Shown here piece by piece: positions 1 through 8,736 of a stretch of 33,972 bases of DNA; the first letter of the stretch is position 1, and each line of letters begins with the position of its first letter. The stretch lies in the NCBI GenBank assembly GCA_026388495.1, contig JAPLJQ010000256.1:1-33972 (forward strand), written 5' to 3'. This stretch comes from Deltaproteobacteria bacterium (GTDB lineage Bacteria > Desulfobacterota > Syntrophia > Syntrophales > UBA2185). Position numbers and translations under genes: made by a program. The notes beneath the pieces were generated by a model, which did no database searches, had not been told where the DNA came from, and was given only the letters and a program-made list of their open reading frames with translations.

Positions 1-669
1 AACAGCATCGATGTCTTAGGTTACCGGGAGAAAGCGGCGGTTTCACATATCATGGACAATGTCCAGAAGGAACTGGTGGGCATCAAGCTTCCCCCTGGAT
101 ACAAGCTGTCCCAGGAAGGGGACGCCAAGCAGGGCAAGGAATCTTTCGACGCCATGATGTCTGCGTTGGTTATCGGGATGATCCTTCTTTATTTTTCATT
201 GGTCCCGGCATTCCGCTCCTTCGTCCACCCCCTGACGATTATGACGGCGATTCCCCTGGCCCTCATCGGCGCAATGTGGTCGCTTCTGATTGTCGGAAAG
301 CAGCAGTCCATGTCGGCATTCATGGGAATTGTACTCCTTGCCGGCATCGTCGTAAAAAATTCAATCTTGCTCATCGATTTTATTGAAATGGCCAAGGAAC
401 AGGGGGCATCTACACTGGAGGCCCTGCGGGACAGTGTCCGGATCCGGACTCGACCAATTCTGATGACGGCTTTCGCCACGGCTGCAGGCATGCTTCCCAT
501 TGCCATGGAACGAGCTATCGGTCTGGAGCGCTTGTCCCCTCTCGCGATCGTTGCTATTGGCGGCTTGATGGTATCCACATTTTTAACGCTTCTTTATGTA
601 CCAATTTTTTATACAATTTTTGAGGATATCACTGATTGGTTCTCACGTTTTTTACCCAAATCAAAATGA
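1..669 (+). CDS. RND efflux transporter permease (AcrB/CzcA-type), C-terminal fragment; the 5' end lies outside the window
   Basis: Frame 1 is open from base 1, with no stop before the listed Met at 52. The hydrophobic C-terminal TM segments (RTRPILMTAFATAAGMLPIA...LLYVPIFY) are typical of RND inner-membrane pumps. Confidence 0.8.
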   Translation, partial: NSIDVLGYREKAAVSHIMDNVQKELVGIKLPPGYKLSQEGDAKQGKESFDAMMSALVIGMILLYFSLVPAFRSFVHPLTIMTAIPLALIGAMWSLLIVGKQQSMSAFMGIVLLAGIVVKNSILLIDFIEMAKEQGASTLEALRDSVRIRTRPILMTAFATAAGMLPIAMERAIGLERLSPLAIVAIGGLMVSTFLTLLYVPIFYTIFEDITDWFSRFLPKSK

Positions 670-738
670 TCTATGCTGATGATTGTATGTGTAATATAAG
701 CGGAACTATTACCGCATTACATCCAGATTGGGGAAGTA

Positions 739-1896
739 TTGTTGAACAAAACACCAGCGATTAAAGAACTCTTTTTATCCTTCTTCAGGCTTGGCTTGAC
801 GGCCTTCGGCGGTCCCGCAATGGTGGCGCATATCAGAGAACTTTCCACTCAGCGCAATCAATGGCTTGATGAAAATGATTTTAAAAACGGTATTGCCCTC
901 TGTCAGGCTATACCGGGTGCTACGGCCATCCAGGCTGCTGCTTATGTAGGACTCCGGGTTCGTGGAATATCCGGAGCATTGGTTGCCTATAGTGGTTTTG
1001 GATTGCCAGCCTTTATTTTCATGTTGATTCTCTCTGCTTTATATGCCCAATTCAACGGCCTCCCCAAGTTCATCTCCTTGTTTAACGGCCTTCAGGTGAT
1101 CGTGGTTGCAATTATTTTTAACGCAACCTATTCATTTGGCAGGAACATCGCAAACAATTACAAAAACATTCTTATTTCTCTATTGGCTGCCATTTCATTA
1201 TGGTTCGGTGTAAGCCCTTTTATGGTTATTGTTGGGGCTGGCATCCTCGGTATGGTCCTTTTAAAAGTATCCGCTTCAAGCACCGTGGTCAATTACGAAA
1301 AAGCAACACAATGGAATGCTGCGCAAATCATTGGTCTCTTGGTCGCTTTTTCTATCTGCCTTGCCGGGCTGTATTTCATCAGTTCTGTTCTCTTTAATCT
1401 GGCAGCCGTCATGCTCAAGATAGACCTCTTCGCCTTCGGAGGAGGTTTTGCATCTCTTCCGCTCATGCTTCACGAGGTTGTCATCAACAGGGGATGGCTG
1501 GACAGCAAGACCTTTATGGATGGAATAGCCCTCGGTCAAGTGACACCCGGCCCCATTATCATTACAGCAACCTTTGTGGGGTATTTAGTTAATGGTATCT
1601 TCGGTGCGATTGTAGCGACGATCTCTATATTTACACCTTCATTCTTTATGGTGGTCACCGTTGCACTTTTTTTTGATCGCCTGAAGAATTCAGCATATTT
1701 TATGAAGGCTATAGACGGAATATTCGCTTCCTTTGTCGGGCTCCTTCTGTTTGTATGTATTAAGTTTGCCATAACTGTCCCATGGGATATTATCAGGATT
1801 CTTTTAGGGATTGTGGCATTAGCAGCTTTGCTTCGCAAAGTAGATATCCTGTATATAGTGTCAATAGGGGCTGTCATTTCTGTATTCGTTTTGTAA
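739..1896 (+). CDS. chrA: Chromate transporter (CHR family, two-domain ChrA)
   Basis: The 385-aa polytopic protein carries the duplicated CHR signature (FGGPAMVAHIRE... in the first half, FAFGGGFASLPLM... in the second). It has a TTG start. Confidence 0.85.
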   Translation: MLNKTPAIKELFLSFFRLGLTAFGGPAMVAHIRELSTQRNQWLDENDFKNGIALCQAIPGATAIQAAAYVGLRVRGISGALVAYSGFGLPAFIFMLILSALYAQFNGLPKFISLFNGLQVIVVAIIFNATYSFGRNIANNYKNILISLLAAISLWFGVSPFMVIVGAGILGMVLLKVSASSTVVNYEKATQWNAAQIIGLLVAFSICLAGLYFISSVLFNLAAVMLKIDLFAFGGGFASLPLMLHEVVINRGWLDSKTFMDGIALGQVTPGPIIITATFVGYLVNGIFGAIVATISIFTPSFFMVVTVALFFDRLKNSAYFMKAIDGIFASFVGLLLFVCIKFAITVPWDIIRILLGIVALAALLRKVDILYIVSIGAVISVFVL

Positions 1897-1924
1897 CGCT
1901 AATTAAATAATTCAGTATTTCTAA

Positions 1925-2738
1925 TGGTTATCGTTGATTCTCAGTAATGCCGCCAGATGTGACTTTGTAGGTGAACAGTGGCACTGGGAACAATCCAATG
2001 GTCGGCTCAAAGATCGCGCCTGCCGGGTCTTGCTGTTGGCCTTGGAGAGCAAGGGGGTCAACAAGCTTCCGGCGCGGCTCAGGGTAAGGGACTCATTTAA
2101 CCGGAGAGGGCAGACTCTTCCCGATCTCTGTGAGATTGACCAGGAAGCGGTTACCGGCAAGGTTTCCGAGTTTCGTTCTTTGACAATCGAGATGGTTCGT
2201 TTCACCCCCGAAGAGAAGCTTTGGGACCATCTTGTTCATACATATCATTACCTATCATTACCTGGGTCATCCTTGGATCGTGGGGTCCTATTTAAAATAC
2301 TTGGCCTATCTGGATGGTCGCCTGGTGGCCTGCCTCGGGTGGGGTTCTGCTTCCTGGAAAGTAGCCTGCCGGGACAGTTTCATTGGCTGGGGCACTCCCC
2401 TCAGGAAGAAGAACCTGTCCCAGGTGGTCAACAATGTCCGGTTCCTGATTTTGCCCTGGGTGAAGGTGGAGCATTTGGCCTCCAAGGTTCTGGCGGCCAA
2501 CATCAAACGCTTGGTCGCTGATTGGCACTCCCTCTACCAGGAGCCCATCGTGCTGTTAGAGACCTTTGTGGATGCTGCCCGTTTTCAGGGGACCTGCTAC
2601 CGCGCCGCCAACTGGCGGTACGTGGGGGCTACCCGGGGGATCGCCAAAAGCGGCAATGATCACTGTTACCACGGTCAGCCCAAGGCGGTGTATCTCTATC
2701 CCCTGGCCAAAGATTTTCGGGAGCGACTCCATGCTTGA
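1925..2738 (+). pseudogene. DUF4338 (Druantia DruA-like) gene, 5'-truncated and frameshifted
   Basis: Two overlapping ORFs (1934-2521 in frame 2, 2232-2738 in frame 3) together encode a DUF4338-type protein (NGRLKD..CRVLLL..., HYLG, NNVRFLILPWVKV, LLETFVD..RFQGTCYRAANW). Deleting one copy of the 10-bp duplication at 2244-2263 restores a single 264-codon frame. The frame opens only 3 codons upstream, right after the chrA stop, so the usual N-terminus appears to be missing. Confidence 0.7.
2244..2263 (+). repeat. Perfect 10-bp tandem duplication (ATCATTACCT x2) causing a +1 frameshift
   Basis: Read directly: atcattacct at 2244-2253 and again at 2254-2263, inside the HYLG motif of the DUF4338 gene. 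Confidence 0.9.
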
Positions 2739-2919
2739 CAGGACATTGCTACCACCGCATATCGTGATTACCGCGCAGGATCTTCAGAATACCCCGCCCG
2801 TCATTTTGACGCTTTTGGAATACCTGCTACAGGAGAATATGGCGCTACAAAAGCACATTGACCGCGAATCGTCGGGTCGACGAGGGGTGCCGGTGTACCG
2901 GCATAGGACATCTATATGA
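2731..2919 (+). other. Short 62-aa ORF overlapping the DUF4338 stop (ATGCTTGA); possibly the truncated N-terminus of a partner gene (transposase-like helical or leucine-rich start?)
   Basis: The ATG at 2731 overlaps the TGA at 2736-2738. MLDRTLLPPHIVITAQDLQNTPPVILTLLEYLLQENMALQKHI then runs into a stop and AT-rich non-coding DNA. I recognise no family. Confidence 0.2.
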
Positions 2920-3619
2920 AAATATATCAAAATCTACGACGTCAAAAAAGTTTTGTCATGCACGGGCGGCTCAATTATTGTGTAAAAATAACGATTCATA
3001 GATAATTATACCATAAATATGACGGGCGATACCGGACTGCATGACAATTGTAAATCAATTTGTGCCGGGGGAGCGGCGACCATTTGTTAGCTAACTAACT
3101 ATAAATAAAAGTAAATATATTCAATGGGGGCTTTTTCTTTTGCCGGCGATTAGTGAAATCGACTTTTTTCATCCTTTTTAAAAAAGATACTCCATAAAAT
3201 CAACATATTAAGAAGAAATATGCAAATCAGTCGTCTTGTAGGCCGTCATGACGACTAACATCTCCTGCGGGCTTCCTTTCAGATCTTAGTCCCTTCGGCG
3301 AGAAGATTCAGGTGATCACTGTACACAAAACGCTTGTCCCGCTTCCTTCCCGTCGTTTCCCTAAGGATCTTAGCAAAGCCCATGGTCAAGATTCACAGGT
3401 ACATGAAAAGGCCCCTGCCTGCCTGAAGTCATCAGGTTTGGAGTTGATGGATATTATTTATTCTTTTACTTCATAATGAAAATGTGTGGCCGTCGTCTGC
3501 TATGCCTGTTATGATAAGATGCAATCGTAATGCAGTTATCGCAACCGAGATTGCTTGCGGTATTTATAAGAGGATATCGCTTTCTTTTATGGCGATTGTC
3601 GAAAAAGAAGGATGTTTTT

Positions 3620-4606
3620 ATGAGGATACGCAAGGCAGGCAAGATCAATGATCGCCTCTGGTATTTGGGGCGCGAAGAGTCGGGAGTCTATATCCTTGAA
3701 GGCAGGGACTGTTCCATCATGATTAACGGGGGCTTCAGTTTCATCCTCCCCGACGTGCTCGCACAGATGAGGAATTTTGAAATAGACGCACAGAAAATCA
3801 AAAAAATCCTCATCCTTCACTCCCATTTCGACCACGCGGGCATCGCGCCTTATTTCAGACGAACCCGCCCTGACATCACGTTTTACGCGTCGACGCCGGC
3901 ATGGAAGGTATTCGCCATGCCGAAAGCGATGGAGGTCATGAACCGCTTCAGCCGGATCAGCGCGAAGTGGATGGGCGTTGAAAGTGTTCTCGACGCCTAC
4001 GACATGGACTGGCGCGGCGACGTCGGTGGAACGGCGATAAGCGAAGGAGACAGGATCGATCTGGGCGGGGTCGTTCTGGGGATCATGGATACACCGGGCC
4101 ATTCCCGTTGTTCCATCACGGCATATGAGGCGGACGAGGGACTTCTGTTTGCTTCCGACGCAGTCGGGGTCGCATACAAAGATATGACCTTCCCTTCCAT
4201 GAATACCGACGTGAATCAGTATCTCCACAGCCTGCTGAAGCTGAAGCCCCTTCCCGTTAACTGCGTCTGTGCCGATCATTACGGATACATCACGGGGAAG
4301 GAGGCGGCGGGTTTCGTCGATATCACCATTGAAGAGGGCCGGAAGTGGAAGGATCGTTTCGAGGTGTGCTGTCGCCGCCACGGCGGTGATATAGACGCTG
4401 CAGGAAAGGAAATGACGGCCTTATTCGTCCGGGAATACCCGGACTACCTCATTGCCCCGGAAATCCTGGAAGGGGTTTTCAGGCAGATGATGAAATCTGT
4501 AGCCGGGAAGGCGTCCGATCCAGGGTATTTTCCCGCCCAGCATGAGAAGGGTTCCAATCCCTGCGAGGATCAGCCCGATGATGAGCAGGATTTTACCAAA
4601 GCCTGA
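3620..4606 (+). CDS. MBL-fold metallo-hydrolase
   Basis: The HxHxDH motif (HSHFDHAG) and a downstream TPGHS motif are present. The ATG at 3620 is preceded by gaaggatg. The last ~35 aa look like antisense read-through of a membrane-helix gene (see the 4502-4621 feature). Confidence 0.8.
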   Translation: MRIRKAGKINDRLWYLGREESGVYILEGRDCSIMINGGFSFILPDVLAQMRNFEIDAQKIKKILILHSHFDHAGIAPYFRRTRPDITFYASTPAWKVFAMPKAMEVMNRFSRISAKWMGVESVLDAYDMDWRGDVGGTAISEGDRIDLGGVVLGIMDTPGHSRCSITAYEADEGLLFASDAVGVAYKDMTFPSMNTDVNQYLHSLLKLKPLPVNCVCADHYGYITGKEAAGFVDITIEEGRKWKDRFEVCCRRHGGDIDAAGKEMTALFVREYPDYLIAPEILEGVFRQMMKSVAGKASDPGYFPAQHEKGSNPCEDQPDDEQDFTKA

Positions 4607-4621
4607 AAGCGCCGTCTTTAT
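4502..4621 (-). pseudogene. DUF2905-like small membrane protein remnant (no canonical start codon, C-terminal half not recognisable)
   Basis: The minus-strand translation (I)KTALSGFGKILLIIGLILAGIGTLLMLGGKIPWIGRLPG matches my recollection of the DUF2905 N-terminal helix plus the G(R/K)LPGD motif. A good SD (AGGAGA, 4628-4633) sits 6 nt before an ATA codon at 4619-4621. The ORF is absent from the ORF track because it has no ATG, GTG or TTG. Confidence 0.35.
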
Positions 4622-4642
4622 TGAGATTCTCCTATTATTATA

Positions 4643-5575
4643 TCATATCTGTGACCAGTTGAAGGGTATATCCTTCTCGAAATCCGGCGATAACGTCCTT
4701 TCGTCCACGTCCTGAGTAAAGATCGTTTCAAAACCCATATCGAGGGCGGTATTAACCACCCGTTCATATTCCTCATGGGTAATTCTTCTGCCGAGAAAGT
4801 AGTCATCTTTAACCGGGGGAACAGGGGTGTACTGAGACATCAGGCTCAGTGGCACGGATGTGGAAATGTGCATTTTGATGAGCTTGAGGACCTCGATGCT
4901 GTTCGATATTTTCCCCGGAAGAATGAGGTGACGAATGATCAGTCCCCTTGATGCGATTCCCCCGTCTTCTTCAAGGGTGTCCCCAACCTGCCGGACCATT
5001 TCCCTGATGGATTCCACGGCAACCCCGTGGTAATCCTTCACTGCGGATAGCTGAAAAGAATCCCGTTCATTGCCATATTTGAAGTCCGGCAGATAGATAT
5101 CCACCACGCCTTCCAGGATTTTAATCATATCCGGATTCTCGTAGCCGCCGCAATTGTAAACAAGGGGGAGTTTCAGGCCATTCTGACGGGCGATCAGCCA
5201 TGCCTCCATGATCCCGGGCAACTGGGGGGTGGGGGTTACCGGCTCGATGTTATGGCATCGTTGTTCCTGCAATGAAAGCATCATGCGGGCAAGGCCTTCG
5301 CTGCCCGTTCTTTTCCCGGAGGTTCTGTGGCTGATCTGGTAGTTCTGGCAATGGATGCATCTTAAGTTGCATGAGGAGAAAAAAATCGTACCCGCACCGT
5401 GTATTCCCGAAAGGGGCGGCTCTTCTCCATGGTGGGGAAGGATGCTTTTTACAACGATGTCATCGTCAAGACCGCAGAATCCTTTTTCCCCCGTCGTTCT
5501 GTCTACGGAGCATCTCCTTGGGCAGAGCGTACAGCGCTTCATGACGTTATTAAGATATGCTATCTTTTCTTTCAC
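4643..5575 (-). CDS. Radical SAM protein, PflX-like (COG1313-type pyruvate formate-lyase activase homolog)
   Basis: It carries the CX3CX2C cluster motif in FFSSCNLRCIHCQNYQIS, an N-terminal CTLCPRRCSVDR..GEKGFCG cysteine motif and HHGEEPPLSG. The GTG start directly abuts the upstream stop. Confidence 0.85.
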   Translation of the reverse strand: MKEKIAYLNNVMKRCTLCPRRCSVDRTTGEKGFCGLDDDIVVKSILPHHGEEPPLSGIHGAGTIFFSSCNLRCIHCQNYQISHRTSGKRTGSEGLARMMLSLQEQRCHNIEPVTPTPQLPGIMEAWLIARQNGLKLPLVYNCGGYENPDMIKILEGVVDIYLPDFKYGNERDSFQLSAVKDYHGVAVESIREMVRQVGDTLEEDGGIASRGLIIRHLILPGKISNSIEVLKLIKMHISTSVPLSLMSQYTPVPPVKDDYFLGRRITHEEYERVVNTALDMGFETIFTQDVDERTLSPDFEKDIPFNWSQI

Positions 5576-6643
5576 TCAGAAGCTCGTAACGACATCCCTG
5601 ATTTTCCCGCTTTCCACAAGCTCCAGGAATTGTTCTCCCAGGGGTTCAGCCAGTTGAACGGACTGACGCCAATTTTCGATCCGTGTGGCAGGGTGATCTA
5701 TGAAGGTTTTAAAATCACCCCTGTCCGGCACTTTCCCTCCCGGCATCCTGGCGATGAAGTCCTCAGAAGGATACACCATGAGGACGTTGTCCAGGATATG
5801 ATCCGGTGGACGGCGGTAGGACAGCTTCTTATCCAGCCAGCCGGGAACGATACGTTCCTGGTGGTTGAAAAACAGGGTAATGTCATCGTCTTTTGGCGCG
5901 TAATGATGGGTCAGGTGATAGTCGAGCAGACCGCCGTCCCGATAGACGCCGGTGGGCGCTCCGTAAATATTCCTGACTCCCGCGATGACCACGGGAATGG
6001 CGCCGGACGCCATGACGGCATGCTTGAAATTGATCTCCGTTAACGGAATGAACCGGCCCCGGAAATCCGGTCTCAGGCAGAAGTGTGGAGGTTTGGGCCC
6101 GTTGTAAAATACCACCCGTTCTGCAAAGTGGTAGAGCTGGGATCGATTGACGGCATTTAAGAGAAAGCAAATCCCGAGACCGATCTGCTGTACCCATTTT
6201 GTTTCTGAAGACACGAGGTTTTTTGCCCGGGCGGTGATGACGGCAAGACGGTATTTCTTGTTGGTAAGAGCAAAGGGCAGTGCGTCATCTTCAAGATAGG
6301 TATTCATGATGTCCCGCATGGACTTAAGGATGGTCGCCGGTGTTTCCGTTCTTTTGTAGGAAGTCGTGATGTAGGCGTCCATGAGGGTGCGATAGCTCTT
6401 TTCGGGCTCCGGTTGTACCCATGCGGCAAATCGCCATGCGCCGGCCGATGCGCCAATCAGCGTGACAGGCCTTAAATGTCCGAGAAGACCGCTTTTCAGG
6501 AGGGTCAGGTCAAAACCCGTAGCAGCCAGCCATCTTGGGCCTGTTGCGGGGGCAAAGTAGGTCGTGACGCGGTCAAAATGAAAGCCGCCGTCCTGTATCA
6601 CCTCACAGGCCAGCTTTCCAGCTTTTATGCGGATACTATCCAT
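5576..6643 (-). CDS. Patatin-like phospholipase/esterase family protein
   Basis: It has the GxSxG nucleophile elbow (LIGASAGAW) and a DGG catalytic-Asp motif (YRDGGLLDYH). No clear GGxR oxyanion loop is visible at the N-terminus. Confidence 0.6.
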   Translation of the reverse strand: MDSIRIKAGKLACEVIQDGGFHFDRVTTYFAPATGPRWLAATGFDLTLLKSGLLGHLRPVTLIGASAGAWRFAAWVQPEPEKSYRTLMDAYITTSYKRTETPATILKSMRDIMNTYLEDDALPFALTNKKYRLAVITARAKNLVSSETKWVQQIGLGICFLLNAVNRSQLYHFAERVVFYNGPKPPHFCLRPDFRGRFIPLTEINFKHAVMASGAIPVVIAGVRNIYGAPTGVYRDGGLLDYHLTHHYAPKDDDITLFFNHQERIVPGWLDKKLSYRRPPDHILDNVLMVYPSEDFIARMPGGKVPDRGDFKTFIDHPATRIENWRQSVQLAEPLGEQFLELVESGKIRDVVTSF

Positions 6644-6680
6644 TGCTGACGACTATGACATGAAAAAACATCAAATGACC

Positions 6681-6709
6681 TTGACACTATATGAGACGTT
6701 GGGTAAAGT
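6681..6709 (+). promoter_or_regulatory. Candidate sigma70-type promoter upstream of proA
   Basis: TTGACA (6681-6686), a 17-bp spacer, then TAAAGT (6704-6709), about 120 nt upstream of the proA start. Confidence 0.3.
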
Positions 6710-6826
6710 AAATTAAACAGCAATAATATGTTTTTATCAACTTGCGATTCATACCTAAACATGGCCCGTTTTGTCAATCTCTATTGTTGGCAGGGATAAA
6801 GAAACACGGCATTGATTGAGGAATAA

Positions 6827-8089
6827 ATGATCATGGATGTCAGGTCTTACGTGATTGAAATCGCGGAAAACGCGAAAAGAGCCGCCGGTAAACTGGCGCG
6901 CCTTTCCACGGAAGTTAAGAACAGGGCGCTCCTCCATATTGCGGACGAACTGATCAGGCAGACTGATGCTCTGATCCGGGAAAATGAAAAGGATCTCGAT
7001 CATGCGAGAGACAAGGGTCTCTCCGCATCGATGATGGACAGACTCACGTTGAAAGAAAGCACCGTCCTGGCTATGGCGACGGGCCTGCGGGAAGTGGCCG
7101 CACTCCCCGACCCGGTGGGAAAAATCACCTCCATGTGGCGGAGGCCCAACGGCTTGCTCGTCGGGAGAATGAGAATTCCCCTGGGCGTTATCGGTATCAT
7201 CTATGAAGCCCGTCCCAATGTGACGGCCGATGCCGCCGCTCTTTGTTTGAAATCCGGAAACGCCGTGATATTAAGAGGTGGCTCCGAGGCAATACACTCA
7301 AATATTGCCATTGCCCGTATCCTCCAGAGTTCCCTGAGAGAGGAATCAGTCCCGGAAGAAGCCATCCAGGTCATCCAGACAATCGACAGGGAAGCGGTCC
7401 GAGAAATGCTGCAACTCGATGAACATATTGATCTGATTATTCCCCGCGGGGGCGAGGATCTGATCAGGGCCGTGGTGAACGAATCAAGGATCCCCGTGAT
7501 CAAGCACTACAAAGGGGTCTGTCACATCTTTGTGGATGCGAGCGCCGATGTTGATATGGCCATAAAGTTATGCATGAATGCGAAAACCCAGCGCCCCGGG
7601 GTCTGTAATGCCATGGAGACCCTCCTTGTTCATCAGGATATCGCCGGCGGTTTCCTGCCCGTCATGGCAAGCCGTTTTCGGGAAGCCGGCGTCGTTCTGA
7701 AGGGCTGCGATAAAACAAGGGCTATTCTGCAGGATGTTGAGAAGGCGCAAGAGGACGACTGGTACCGGGAATACCTTGATCTCATTCTATCCGTTCGCAT
7801 CGTAAGCGGCATGGATGAGGCCGTCGCCCACATCGAAAAGTACGGTTCCCTGCATACGGAATCCATCATCACCAGCAATTATGAGAATGCCCAGCGGTTT
7901 CTGAATGATGTGAACTCTTCCACTGTTCTCGTCAATGCCTCGACCCGCTTCAGCGACGGTTTTGAGCTGGGCCTCGGCGCGGAGATCGGCATCAGCACGA
8001 CGAAGCTGCACGCCTACGGGCCCATGGGACTGGAAGAGCTGACAACGACCAAATTTATCATTTATGGAAATGGACAGGTGAGAACATGA
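6827..8089 (+). CDS. proA: Glutamate-5-semialdehyde dehydrogenase (gamma-glutamyl phosphate reductase)
   Basis: The 420-aa protein is colinear with ProA throughout ([37 protein letters not shown]). A GAGGA SD lies upstream. Confidence 0.95.
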   Translation: MIMDVRSYVIEIAENAKRAAGKLARLSTEVKNRALLHIADELIRQTDALIRENEKDLDHARDKGLSASMMDRLTLKESTVLAMATGLREVAALPDPVGKITSMWRRPNGLLVGRMRIPLGVIGIIYEARPNVTADAAALCLKSGNAVILRGGSEAIHSNIAIARILQSSLREESVPEEAIQVIQTIDREAVREMLQLDEHIDLIIPRGGEDLIRAVVNESRIPVIKHYKGVCHIFVDASADVDMAIKLCMNAKTQRPGVCNAMETLLVHQDIAGGFLPVMASRFREAGVVLKGCDKTRAILQDVEKAQEDDWYREYLDLILSVRIVSGMDEAVAHIEKYGSLHTESIITSNYENAQRFLNDVNSSTVLVNASTRFSDGFELGLGAEIGISTTKLHAYGPMGLEELTTTKFIIYGNGQVRT

Positions 8090-8736
8090 AATGGGGATTA
8101 CTGGGAGGCACGTTTGATCCGATACACACCGGTCACCTGAGGTGCGCCGAAGAAATACTGGAAATTTTCGATCTCAACAGGATCATCTTTATTCCCGCCT
8201 CAAAACCTCCGCATAAAATACAAGGCGATATCACATCCTTTCATCATCGGGAGCAGATGATCACCCTTGCCATTGAGGGGAACCCGGTGTTTTCTTTCTC
8301 CGATGTGGAAAAAAGGCGGGAGAACACCTCCTATTCGGTGGAAACCGTCGAATATATTCTTAAAAAATACATGGAAAACCTGGAGTTGTATTTTATCCTG
8401 GGCCAGGACGCCTTTCACGCCATCCAGACATGGAGGGAATGGGAGAAACTTCTTCTACTCTGCAATTTTGTTGTCATGACGAGACCGGGATATGAGAATA
8501 AAGGTTTAGAAGGGATTCTTCCTGCCTCTTTTGCCTCCAGATTTACCTATGATGATCACGTAAAGGGGTTCAGAGGGCCGACCGGTCATGTCATTTTTTT
8601 CAGAGAAGTCACCTTCCTGGACATATCATCCAGCGATATCAGACAGAGGGTAAAACAGGGAAAGTCCATTAAATTTCTCGTGCCGGAAACCGTCCGGCAT
8701 TATATTGCCAAGAGTTCCCTGTACAAAAATGCATGA
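8086..8736 (+). CDS. nadD: Nicotinate-nucleotide adenylyltransferase
   Basis: It has the [12 protein letters not shown] (HxGH) motif and a C-terminal ISSSDIR motif. Its ATG overlaps the proA stop (ATGA). Confidence 0.9.
   Translation: MKWGLLGGTFDPIHTGHLRCAEEILEIFDLNRIIFIPASKPPHKIQGDITSFHHREQMITLAIEGNPVFSFSDVEKRRENTSYSVETVEYILKKYMENLELYFILGQDAFHAIQTWREWEKLLLLCNFVVMTRPGYENKGLEGILPASFASRFTYDDHVKGFRGPTGHVIFFREVTFLDISSSDIRQRVKQGKSIKFLVPETVRHYIAKSSLYKNA

Noticed and set aside
2264-2521. Continuation of the 1934 ORF for ~85 codons beyond the duplication (…SLPGSSLDRGVLFKILGL…).
   Set aside because: This is the wrong frame after the 10-bp duplication. The conserved DUF4338 motifs are all in the other frame (the ORF from 2232).
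3229-3256. Hairpin AGTCGTC-N14-GACGACT, considered as a possible terminator or att site.
   Set aside because: The stem is only 7 bp with a large loop and no flanking U/A tract, and no repeat of it occurs elsewhere in the window. It is kept only as part of the orphan-region finding.
3587-4381. A 264-aa ORF antisense to the MBL hydrolase. Similar long antisense ORFs occur at 8786-9562, 14372-15199, 17498-18007, 21628-22377, 21034-21591 and 30203-30823.
   Set aside because: Each lies fully inside a strongly supported gene on the other strand. They have Arg/Pro/Gly-rich, motif-free sequence typical of shadow ORFs, and none has a convincing SD.
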